Assembly: GCA_965249555.1 (NCBI GenBank)
Contig: OZ252243.1
Location: 192,001 to 256,000, forward strand
Length of the DNA: 64,000 bases
Source: Nitrosopumilus sp.
GTDB lineage: Archaea > Thermoproteota > Nitrososphaeria > Nitrososphaerales > Nitrosopumilaceae
Reading direction: 5' to 3'
In this document: one piece after another, positions 55,626 to 64,000 of the stretch
Layout: each line of letters opens with the position of its first letter
Numbering within the stretch: the first letter of the stretch is position 1
The notes under the pieces: model-generated
The model's database searches: none
The model's input: the letters and a program-made list of their open reading frames with translations, nothing else
Told to the model about the DNA's origin: nothing
Translations under genes and position numbers: made by a program

Positions 55626-57577
55626 TAAATATTTCTAAAAAAGAAGAGAGCCTAGAAATATCATCAAACTCAAATAACATTTTAGCACCAATTATAAAAA
55701 ATTGGTTGGTCAAAAATGGATTTTTAATAAATTCAGAGAAAAAATGTGTATTTTTTTCAGGAAAGATCAATGAACAATTTTTAAATAAAATTTATAAATT
55801 TCTCAATACATATGAAAAAGAAATTATTTTAGATTCATATTGTAAATCAGCACTAGAAAAAATTGAAAATGAAAGAAAAGATTACGCATCTTTAGTACAA
55901 CAAGCATTAAAAATTAAAAAATCAGTAAAAGAGATTAATTCATTTAAAGTTCCCAGAATGAAGGAGGGGTTAGAACTTAAATGGTATCAAAGAATGCCTG
56001 TATTACACGCAGTAACTTTAGAAAACTCTGCTAATTTCTCAGTTCCCGGATCAGGAAAAACATGGATGGCCTATTCAACTTTTTTTATGTTGAAAGAAAA
56101 AAATATTGTAAATAAACTTCTAGTTATTGCACCATTAGCAGCGTTTAAGCCATGGGAAATTGAATATAAAGAAATTACTGGTAACCGAGGTCATATAGAG
56201 AGACTAACTGGAACTCCACAAGAGAGAGATTTGAAGTTTAGAATGGTTAGTGGATATGAAATTTTTCTTGTAAATTATGCAATTGCAGGAATTGAAAATT
56301 TTATGTTACAACGTCTTTTACAAAATGATGATTTTTTAGTTGTTATTGATGAGTCTCACCATGTTAAGAACATTAATACAGATAGAACACAAAAGGTATT
56401 AGAATTAAGTAAATTTGCAAAACGAAGAATGATTTTAACTGGAACAATGATGCCAAAAGAATTGTTCGATATTTGGTCACAGTTTCAGTTCTTGTATCGA
56501 GAACATAATAGAGAATTGTTAGGAACTGCACCTTCTTTTGAAACAAGATCAAAAGAATTGGGGGCTATCCGTAAATATTCTGAAATACTCTCACCCTATT
56601 TTACACGAGTTTCAAAAAACATGCTTGGATTGCCAGAACCAGTTTTTAATCCAACCAATAAGGGGGATCCACATATTGTAAAAATGGGAGAAATTCAAAG
56701 AAGGATTTACAATGCTATTCGGGGTAGAATTAGAGGTGAAGTTTCTGATTTTAAAAATGATTCTTTCGCCTTAAGAGATTATGTTAAAAAGGCTATTATC
56801 TATTTAATAGAAATTTCCACAGATCCTTCATTGATAACGCATAACACTCAATTTGATACAGCAGAGTTAGAAACACTTCACATGGATGCATTAGATATGT
56901 TGGAGAAATATCCTAGATTGAAAGATGAACCTCATAGTAAATATAAAAAAGCAGTGAGTTTAGCACAAGATACTCTCAAAAACGGTGGTAAAGTCATTAT
57001 CTGGACAAATTTTATTACTTCAGTAAAAAAACTCAAAAAATATTTTAATGACGAAGGATACAATTGTGTTCTTATCTATGGAGCAATTCCAAAAGATGGA
57101 GAAGAAAATGCTAATTTTAATAGAGAATTAGAAATAGAGAAATTCAAGACAAACCCTGATTACAATGTTTTAATTGCAATTCCTGCATCATTAGCAGAAT
57201 CTGTTTCGTTACACAAAGAGTGTCATCATGCGATATATGTTGATAGAACTTACAATGGTGGTCATTATATTCAAAGTTTAGAACGAATTCATCGTGTAGG
57301 ACTAGATGAAAATGTAGAAACGCGATACGACATTATAGAAAGTGAAGATTCTATTGATCAAGAGATCGAGTTTAGCTTAAGATTGAAAAAAAGAAACATG
57401 GATGAATTTTTCAATAGTTCTGATTTAATAATACAGGATTTAGATTTAGAAGAAAGTTCAGATGAGGAAGAAAATTCAAGTGCTTATTCAAATCCAGTGG
57501 GAAATAAAAATGAATTTGAAAATGATCTAAGATCTATTTTAGATTACATTAACAAAAAAACATCTAATGATGAATAA
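55622..57577 (+). CDS. SNF2-family SF2 helicase
   Basis: NFSVPGSGKT, IDESHHVKN, LTGT, KVIIWTNF, AESVSLH, QSLERIHRVG. Confidence 0.88.
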   Translation: MINISKKEESLEISSNSNNILAPIIKNWLVKNGFLINSEKKCVFFSGKINEQFLNKIYKFLNTYEKEIILDSYCKSALEKIENERKDYASLVQQALKIKKSVKEINSFKVPRMKEGLELKWYQRMPVLHAVTLENSANFSVPGSGKTWMAYSTFFMLKEKNIVNKLLVIAPLAAFKPWEIEYKEITGNRGHIERLTGTPQERDLKFRMVSGYEIFLVNYAIAGIENFMLQRLLQNDDFLVVIDESHHVKNINTDRTQKVLELSKFAKRRMILTGTMMPKELFDIWSQFQFLYREHNRELLGTAPSFETRSKELGAIRKYSEILSPYFTRVSKNMLGLPEPVFNPTNKGDPHIVKMGEIQRRIYNAIRGRIRGEVSDFKNDSFALRDYVKKAIIYLIEISTDPSLITHNTQFDTAELETLHMDALDMLEKYPRLKDEPHSKYKKAVSLAQDTLKNGGKVIIWTNFITSVKKLKKYFNDEGYNCVLIYGAIPKDGEENANFNRELEIEKFKTNPDYNVLIAIPASLAESVSLHKECHHAIYVDRTYNGGHYIQSLERIHRVGLDENVETRYDIIESEDSIDQEIEFSLRLKKRNMDEFFNSSDLIIQDLDLEESSDEEENSSAYSNPVGNKNEFENDLRSILDYINKKTSNDE

Positions 57578-58563
57578 TGGTAAATATTTTTGAAATTAAC
57601 AGATTGATATCTTGTCTTTACATACTGAAGAAAGATAATAATTTGGCTAAAAGAGATTATGTATTACAAAGATATTCAGATGAGTTTTTTATTGAACAAA
57701 ATTCTTTATTAGAAGATGTACTTGAAATTTCATTAAAACTTGAATTTATTCAAACATCCGATGAGTTCTTAAAACTTACTTCCATAGGGGAAGATTACAT
57801 AAAATTATCAAAAAATACATCAAATCCTTCAAAAAAACAGTTAATCTTTCTCGAAGATTTACTTACCAAATCATCATTTTTTTATAACGAGTTTAAAAAC
57901 CATTTTTCAAATTTTCGTGTTGATTACTCTGAGGAAATTCCAACTTATCGAACGATTAGAAGAAAATCTAAGGAACAAACAAACTCATTTGAAATATTTA
58001 AAAATATGAATATTTTTGATAGTGATGAAGATGGTTTTTTTATTCCAATTGAAAAAAATCACCTTGTTTCATTTCTAAAAAATAAAGAACATCTGAAAAA
58101 AACAAATTTTGAAGATATCAATAAAAAGAAAACTGAAATTGGAGAAATAGGTGAAAAACTTACATTAGATTATGAGTCAGAGCGATTAAAAAATTCTGAA
58201 GAGCATGTTCAAAGAATTACACAGATTAGTAAATTTGATGATGCCGCAGGTTTTGATATTAATTCATTTGAAGATATTACATCAAACAAATGGGATAGAA
58301 TGATTGAAGTAAAAGCAACAACCGATTCATATCCTCATTTTTATCTTAGCATGAATGAAATAGAAATTTCATCGTATTTGGAATCACAATATTGGATTTA
58401 TTTGTGGACAGATGTACTAAAAGAAAAACCAAAATTAATAAAAATTCAAGATCCTTTTAAAGAAATATTTCTAGAAAGTAAAATTAAACCAGAACCAACT
58501 TCATATTTTATTAATAAACATTTGATTCAAAGTCTCAATCAAGTTAAATCTACTAAGGTGTGA
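57577..58563 (+). CDS. DUF3883/NO-VEIN-C-like PD-(D/E)XK nuclease
   Basis: GEIGEK..YESERL, GFDINSF, IEVKAT, FYLSMNE. Confidence 0.75.
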   Translation: MVNIFEINRLISCLYILKKDNNLAKRDYVLQRYSDEFFIEQNSLLEDVLEISLKLEFIQTSDEFLKLTSIGEDYIKLSKNTSNPSKKQLIFLEDLLTKSSFFYNEFKNHFSNFRVDYSEEIPTYRTIRRKSKEQTNSFEIFKNMNIFDSDEDGFFIPIEKNHLVSFLKNKEHLKKTNFEDINKKKTEIGEIGEKLTLDYESERLKNSEEHVQRITQISKFDDAAGFDINSFEDITSNKWDRMIEVKATTDSYPHFYLSMNEIEISSYLESQYWIYLWTDVLKEKPKLIKIQDPFKEIFLESKIKPEPTSYFINKHLIQSLNQVKSTKV

Positions 58564-58570
58564 TATATTT

Positions 58571-59464
58571 ATGAAATTTTCTGGTACTGGTACATCATCT
58601 TTCAAAAAATTTAAGGAATATTATAAGAGTATGAGAAAAAAAGAACAGAAAGAAATTGGAATTAAATCTAGAAATTTGGCAGAAGAACTTATCAAAGAAT
58701 ATTTTAATTCAACAAAACCAAAAGAAAGTGAAAAAATTAAGAAACGATTAGAAAGGAAAAGGGTCTTTTCTTCTTGGGAACAACAAGTATTTGAAAAATT
58801 AAAAGAGAATAGGATAGAATTTAATAAAAAATTTAGAAAATTTCCAATTAAAATCAATGATAATCTTACTATAAATTATGAACCCGATTCTCTTTTAGAA
58901 AAATATGAGTTCGATGGAAAAGAAATTATCATTGAAGCACATGAAGAATTGACAAATGATGATATAGTAAAATATTCTACATTTATGAAAAACTATTTTT
59001 CCGTTTTTCATTTGATAATGATTGTAAATGAACATGAATTAAGGAAATGGAATGGTTTTGATTCATCAAATAGATTATTTAATGACATTTGGACCATAAA
59101 CGATCTAAAAGATCTAATCAATTGGATAAAAAGACAGAATATAAAAGAAGAAGATTTTGTTACACAAACAAAATGTCCCCACTGTACAACAACTGCAGTT
59201 GGTTCTAAACAAATTAACAGTTTTTTTGGATTCAGAAAGAAAAAAAATGGAGAGTCATTTCCTCAAGCTTTATGTAGAGAATGTAGAAGACTTCAATTAA
59301 AATTAGGAACAGATGGTTTGAAAGATTTTCTTGAACAATCTAGAAGAGAATTAGTTATAGAAGTTCAACGATTTTGTACTGGATGTGATAATTATTTTGA
59401 AACAAAAATTCCCGATGAGGCATTTTGTGTTGAATGTAATAAAAAATATTGGAATAAGGTATGA
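58571..59464 (+). CDS. Putative PD-(D/E)XK-like nuclease with C-terminal Zn ribbons
   Basis: SSWEQQV..YEPD..IIIEAH; CPHC, CREC, CTGC, CVEC. Confidence 0.55.
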   Translation: MKFSGTGTSSFKKFKEYYKSMRKKEQKEIGIKSRNLAEELIKEYFNSTKPKESEKIKKRLERKRVFSSWEQQVFEKLKENRIEFNKKFRKFPIKINDNLTINYEPDSLLEKYEFDGKEIIIEAHEELTNDDIVKYSTFMKNYFSVFHLIMIVNEHELRKWNGFDSSNRLFNDIWTINDLKDLINWIKRQNIKEEDFVTQTKCPHCTTTAVGSKQINSFFGFRKKKNGESFPQALCRECRRLQLKLGTDGLKDFLEQSRRELVIEVQRFCTGCDNYFETKIPDEAFCVECNKKYWNKV

Positions 59465-59528
59465 TAAATCAAATTAAGAACTAATCAATGTTTGAAGATG
59501 ATTATAATGAATTAATTACAAAATATTT

Positions 59529-60096
59529 ATGAATACCAAATCTCCATTACGCTATCCTGGAGGAAAATCAAGAGTAGTAAAAACACTCTACAATTACATC
59601 TCTACAATTACATCTCTACAATTACATCCCTTCAGGCACAAAATCACTATGTTCACTATTCTTTGGAGGTGGATCTCTTGAGATTTACTGTGCACAGATG
59701 GGAATAAGGGTTTACGGATATGACTACTTTGAACCTCTTGTAGATTTTTGGCAGTGGTTACTAAAAGATCCAGCAAAATTAGCTGATGATGTAGCAAAAT
59801 ACAAACCTGTAAATTTTAGTGAACCTGAATTTAAGAAATTAAAGAAGAAGCATCCAAAGACTAAGAGTTCTTTTAAGAAAGCGGTTGAATTTTATGTTTT
59901 GAATAGAACATCACACTCTGGTAATCCAACCGCAGTTGGAATGGCAAAAAAATACACTAGACGAGAAAATGGAACAGTGAATGTAGATAAAAATCTAAAA
60001 CCAATCATCAAGAAAAAAGTTAATCAAGTAAATAATGAGAAACATAAAAATAAATTTAAAACAAGAAAAGATGCTTATCACTTCGAAAAACAATAA
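59529..60096 (+). pseudogene. Dam/D12-class methyltransferase, frameshifted and 3'-truncated
   Basis: MNTKSPLRYPGGKS, FFGGGSLE, FYVLNRTS; frameshift from the 14-bp repeat; no DPPY. Confidence 0.8.
59586..59628. repeat. 14-bp tandem repeat x3
   Basis: ctctacaattacat x3. Confidence 0.95.
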
Positions 60097-60106
60097 TGGT
60101 AAAAAC

Positions 60107-60325
60107 TTAAACTTTTTTGTATGTAGAGTCACCGATTCGGTTTATCTCACCTTTCTTTTTCATATAATAGATGATACTGCGAATTTGATGTTTACTCACA
60201 GTAATTCCCAAGTTACTATCGCTCTCTTTTTGTGTTATACTATACAATTCATCTAAAGTTCTTGTTTCTTGTGAGAGAAAAGCACTTTTAACTAAATCAG
60301 CAACTTTTCTATCTTTCATTTTCAC
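60107..60325 (-). CDS. Small winged-helix protein
   Basis: TLDELY..KHQIRSIIY..GEINRIGDSTY. Confidence 0.65.
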   Translation of the reverse strand: MKMKDRKVADLVKSAFLSQETRTLDELYSITQKESDSNLGITVSKHQIRSIIYYMKKKGEINRIGDSTYKKV

Positions 60326-60353
60326 TCGTTAATTTTTTCAAATAATAGATATA

Positions 60354-60566
60354 TTATTCAACCTTTTGATAAGTTGCAGTAGCAGAACGTTTTACCTTGT
60401 TGAATTGTTGAAGATTATAAAGTGCACTTCTAACTCTGTGTTTTCTAACAGGAAGATCCCATGTGAACTCTGAATTCTCCCCTATAATTTTATACAGTTC
60501 ATTTAAAGTAAGTTCATCTTTTGTTGATAATGCATCTAAAATTACATTATTTAATTTTGAGACCAT
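60354..60566 (-). CDS. Small winged-helix protein
   Basis: TLNELY..KHRVRSALY..KVKRSATATY. Confidence 0.65.
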   Translation of the reverse strand: MVSKLNNVILDALSTKDELTLNELYKIIGENSEFTWDLPVRKHRVRSALYNLQQFNKVKRSATATYQKVE

Positions 60567-60596
60567 GATAAAATTCAGTATTTCTACATATTAAAA

Positions 60597-60824
60597 TCAT
60601 TTTTGATTATACTTGTATTTGCCTCTGGATATTCTTTTGAGAGTTCCTCTGTTTGTTTGAAGGTAAATCTTTTGTCTAATATTGTGACCTACAAATTTTC
60701 TTAATTCCGTGTTTTTGTTATCAGGGCAAAATCGTGCTAAAAGTTGGAGATATGTAACTACGCCTTTCTTTTGGATGTAATCCATGACTTCTTTAGTGGA
60801 AATCTTGGGTTTTCTGAAAACCAT
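60597..60824 (-). CDS. Small winged-helix protein
   Basis: TYLQLL..HNIRQKIY..GTLKRISRGKY. Confidence 0.6.
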   Translation of the reverse strand: MVFRKPKISTKEVMDYIQKKGVVTYLQLLARFCPDNKNTELRKFVGHNIRQKIYLQTNRGTLKRISRGKYKYNQK

Positions 60825-60864
60825 GTAAAATGTTGGGTTTTAGTGGTTTTTAGGATTATGAAAA

Positions 60865-60939
60865 AGGGCTCGGAGGGCTTCGATCCCTCGACCTAGCGGT
60901 TCGAAGCCGCTCGCACTATCCAGACTGTGCAACGAGTCC
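60865..60939 (-). tRNA. tRNA-Arg(TCG), resident copy
   Basis: GGACTCG..GCAC/GTGC, AGCGG-CT-TCG-AA-CCGCT, GAGGG/CCCTC, CGAGCCC. Confidence 0.92.
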
Positions 60940-61091
60940 AAATTACAACAGGAATAACGAATCTAAAAATCTGTCTAGAATTATGAGAATTTTGTAATTT
61001 TCTTATTTTCATAAATAATAGTACGATCAAGATCAGAAGTGGCAACTAAAGAGTAAAAAAGAAGAATTTCACTAATGATCTTGCAGAACGA

Positions 61092-61433
61092 ATGATGGAA
61101 TGGCTTGAAAAAGAATATCTTGGTAGAAAAGAGAGAGAATCACATTTTGCTAGAAGCGAATTTTTTAATTCGATAGGGTTCCCTGCCATATATGATGAAA
61201 AGGCTAGAGCTCTTCGTGAAAAAACTATTTCAATAGTAGATCGTATAATGGAGGAAAAAGAAAAGATGCCCAAATTAATTGATGAATGTATTCAATGGGC
61301 TGAAGAAAATAATTTAAAAAAACTAACTAAAGCTCAAATGACAGTATTCCTTGATGAAAAAGATTGCTCACTGACTTGGACTAATGATGATATTCTTTAT
61401 ACAAAAGTTAATTTCAAACTAAAATCAAAATAG
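61092..61433 (+). CDS. Hypothetical protein
   Basis: 113-aa ORF. Confidence 0.55.
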   Translation: MMEWLEKEYLGRKERESHFARSEFFNSIGFPAIYDEKARALREKTISIVDRIMEEKEKMPKLIDECIQWAEENNLKKLTKAQMTVFLDEKDCSLTWTNDDILYTKVNFKLKSK

Positions 61434-61542
61434 TAATCCATTATATCTTAAAAAACATGTCAAATTTATTGGAACTTGGAATCTGAAATTTAATGTAAAA
61501 AAATATCCTCAGGAATTCCAGGTTTTAAAATATATCAGAACA

Positions 61543-61719
61543 ATGTCTTCTCATGATTTGACTGCAACTGTAGAATCAATTTGTAAAAGATTTGGGCTTG
61601 ATGAAAAAATGGTTCAGGGATATGTTACATTTCTAATTAGTATGGTGGAAATATTAGAACAACAAGAAAATAATGAAAGAATTTTTGTTACAGACAGATG
61701 GTTTGAGACAAAGAACTGA
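61543..61719 (+). CDS. 58-aa hypothetical protein
   Basis: MSSHDLTATVESICKRFGLDEKMV..FETKN*. Confidence 0.4.
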   Translation: MSSHDLTATVESICKRFGLDEKMVQGYVTFLISMVEILEQQENNERIFVTDRWFETKN

Positions 61720-61893
61720 GGATCATATACTTATCAAAAGCGAGATTGAAAGAATTGAATAGGTCCTTCCAATCTCATGAAGAATGGAGAGAATCCGTTC
61801 TTCATAATTGCGTTTTGATTACCCGATTTGGTAATCGCGATTTTTGGAATCACGCAACAGATTACCAGTATGGGGATGTAAAAACTAAGTGGG

Positions 61894-62244
61894 CTATATT
61901 ATAGAATTCTTAAAGTCACGTATTGATGTAAAGGCATGTTTTGCCTCATGGCCAATATCATGAATAGTGGCGCTATTGTATTTTTTGTCAAGATATCTTC
62001 CAGCAACTATCAACGGAGCGCCTACTGCACAAGTAACACCAGTAGGTTCAGGAACCCATAACATCAAAAATCCAATTTTTTGAAGTTTTTTACCAGGTGC
62101 AGAAGCTTTCTGAAGAGCGCCCAACGAACTAGTATTAGGTCCTTCATTCATTTTAGCCATATCTGTGTACAAACTTGCTCTGCGTTTAGCTGATTCAGCA
62201 GATTTTCGCAATTTGTCAAGTCGTGCCTTTAAGGGATCAACCAT
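61894..62244 (-). CDS. Hypothetical protein
   Basis: 116-aa ORF with a VPEPTG hydrophobic hairpin. Confidence 0.65.
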   Translation of the reverse strand: MVDPLKARLDKLRKSAESAKRRASLYTDMAKMNEGPNTSSLGALQKASAPGKKLQKIGFLMLWVPEPTGVTCAVGAPLIVAGRYLDKKYNSATIHDIGHEAKHAFTSIRDFKNSII

Positions 62245-62378
62245 TCCAGCCTATGATTTAGAAGAAGTTAGTTAAGATTCAAAGATCAATTACGGTAACA
62301 TCCAAGTCAACAAAGAGTAACTAAAATCGACAGAAGATAATCCAATTATACTAGATTTGATTTAGATACAAAGATCAC

Positions 62379-62843
62379 ATGAAACCTAAAAATTCAAAAA
62401 GACTGGATTCAATAAAAGCTGCCCATCAATCAGAGAGAACCCAATCAAGTACAAGGATGGAGGACTATTTGGAAATAATATCAGAACTAGTTGAATTGAA
62501 AGGTTATGCAACTACACTAGACATTTCAAGATACATGGATGTAAGTGCACCCAGTGTTACTAAGATGCTCCAAAGACTAGACGAGAATGGGTTTTTAGAA
62601 TATGAAAAATATCATGGAATTAATCTTACAGACAAGGGAGTGCAAATAGCTGAGGGAATTAGACAGAAACATGGAATCTTGTTGGAATTTTTTGAAATCT
62701 TAGGGGTTGGATATGATACTGCGAATCAAGATACCGAAGGAATTGAACACCATCTTAATCCAAAAACAATAAAGCAGTTAAGAAAATTCATTACTTTTCT
62801 TAAAGCAAACCCAAAGGTAATTGAAAATTTTAAAAATCTTTGA
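62379..62843 (+). CDS. DtxR/MntR-family metal-dependent regulator
   Basis: MEDYLEII, VSAPSVTKML, LTDKG, IEHHL. Confidence 0.92.
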   Translation: MKPKNSKRLDSIKAAHQSERTQSSTRMEDYLEIISELVELKGYATTLDISRYMDVSAPSVTKMLQRLDENGFLEYEKYHGINLTDKGVQIAEGIRQKHGILLEFFEILGVGYDTANQDTEGIEHHLNPKTIKQLRKFITFLKANPKVIENFKNL

Positions 62844-64000
62844 TAGATATTTGAATATCATTTTGTGATGATGCAGAATTCATAAGATTTCTTGCAGCAT
62901 CAGAACGTTTTGGAATTTTTATCTGCCCTTTTTTGCCAATTCTTACTGATGTGACATATTCATTATTAACAGAAATATCAGCATGCATTGAAGTGTATTC
63001 TCTATCAACAGTTAGAAGCAGTGCGGTTTTTAATTCTGAATAAGTAAACGGTAGATCATTTGTTATTCCAGATGAATGGTTAGAATCCTTTTGAACCACA
63101 TCAATGTGCACTTTGAGAAATTTTTCAATTTCACTAATATTTGAGCCTCCTCTTCCAATAATAGAGGCGATACACTGCTCATCCACCATTACTTTAACTC
63201 TATTGGCAGATAAAATTTCAACTTCTGCATGAGGGTCATATTTTTTGAAAGTTTCTCTTACCTTATCTTCAGCAAGCTTTTCAATTCCAACTTTTTGAAC
63301 TCTTTTTGAGATAGGCACAATGACATTTTCTTCTCCAAATGTGTAGATTTCATGCTCTAAAACATTATCTGCAAAATTACTGATTTCAATTACAGGTCTT
63401 GCCAGATCAGATTCAGTCATTCCAGAAGGCACTTTTACTTTTAATTCCAAGTCAAGGACTTTTTCAATTATTCCATCTTTTACAAAGACTACAGTATCTA
63501 AGACACTTGGAATTATACCAAGCTCAATCTTTCCAATAAAACGTTGAATTGCATCTATGGGGGAATTTCCATGAACCACTCCAACCATTCCCACACCAGT
63601 TAACCGCAAATCAGCAAAGGTTCTAAAATCTTCTTGTCGTCTTATTTCATCAAAAATAGTATAATCAGGACGTACAAGTAACAAAATATCAGCACTGTTA
63701 TCAAAACTTCCATCCAATTTACTGTACTGAGTAACTCCAGGATCAACTTGCAAATCACGTGGTGATTCAAATGTTTTGACAATTTTTCCTTTATTATGAT
63801 AAAAATTTGCCAATCCTGATGCAAGAGTGCTCTTTCCAGAACCTGGAGCGCCAGAAATCACAATTCCCTCTGCCCTATCAGAGAAACGCTCCATTAACTC
63901 ATCAGAAATGCCATAATCTTCAAGAGATAATTTTACGATTGGATGAACAATTGTTATTTCAAAAGATTCAGAAAAAGGAGGATGAGTAATTGCTATACGA
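62830..64000 (-). CDS. PIN-domain/KH ATPase (PINA-like), 5' part outside the window
   Basis: GAPGSGKST, ESPRDLQ, LVRPDYTIFDE, IIGRGG KH motif. Confidence 0.88.
   Translation of the reverse strand, partial: RIAITHPPFSESFEITIVHPIVKLSLEDYGISDELMERFSDRAEGIVISGAPGSGKSTLASGLANFYHNKGKIVKTFESPRDLQVDPGVTQYSKLDGSFDNSADILLLVRPDYTIFDEIRRQEDFRTFADLRLTGVGMVGVVHGNSPIDAIQRFIGKIELGIIPSVLDTVVFVKDGIIEKVLDLELKVKVPSGMTESDLARPVIEISNFADNVLEHEIYTFGEENVIVPISKRVQKVGIEKLAEDKVRETFKKYDPHAEVEILSANRVKVMVDEQCIASIIGRGGSNISEIEKFLKVHIDVVQKDSNHSSGITNDLPFTYSELKTALLLTVDREYTSMHADISVNNEYVTSVRIGKKGQIKIPKRSDAARNLMNSASSQNDIQISIKDF

Noticed and set aside
60112-60140. FLYVESP as a degenerate DPPY motif completing the MTase
   Set aside because: It overlaps the end of a plausible opposite-strand wHTH gene and lacks the catalytic residues.

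Overview
AT-rich archaeal chromosome window from a Nitrosopumilus-like ammonia-oxidising thaumarchaeon. The lineage call rests on an archaeal 16S-23S operon with no spacer tRNA or linked 5S, EF-1alpha/uS10/Rpo12, FBP aldolase/phosphatase, DnaJ-ferredoxin and a PIN-KH ATPase. Core blocks are interrupted by accessory regions. (i) ~1-13 kb: Clp-fold protease, an IS110/IS1111-type element whose 3' non-coding end looks like a bridge RNA with guides matching its own junctions, HsdR plus an inverted HsdS with no HsdM, a stop-split ApeA-like HEPN gene, two hicB remnants, and a J-like protein + Hsp70-zincin fusion pair. (ii) 37.26-40.64 kb: a 3.4-kb transposon with 48-bp terminal inverted repeats carrying a second, divergent tRNA-Arg(UCG), a HaeIII-like R-M pair and an IS6-like transposase. 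(iii) 42.7-46.1 kb: an 18-bp tandem-repeat gene, queE and a queD fragment. (iv) 48.2-60.9 kb: a defence-like island at the resident tRNA-Arg(UCG) with an AbiE-like pair, a UvrD-nuclease, a ParB-like/SNF2/DUF3883/nuclease operon, a repeat-disrupted methyltransferase and three small wHTH genes. All calls come from reading motifs by eye; no database searches were run.
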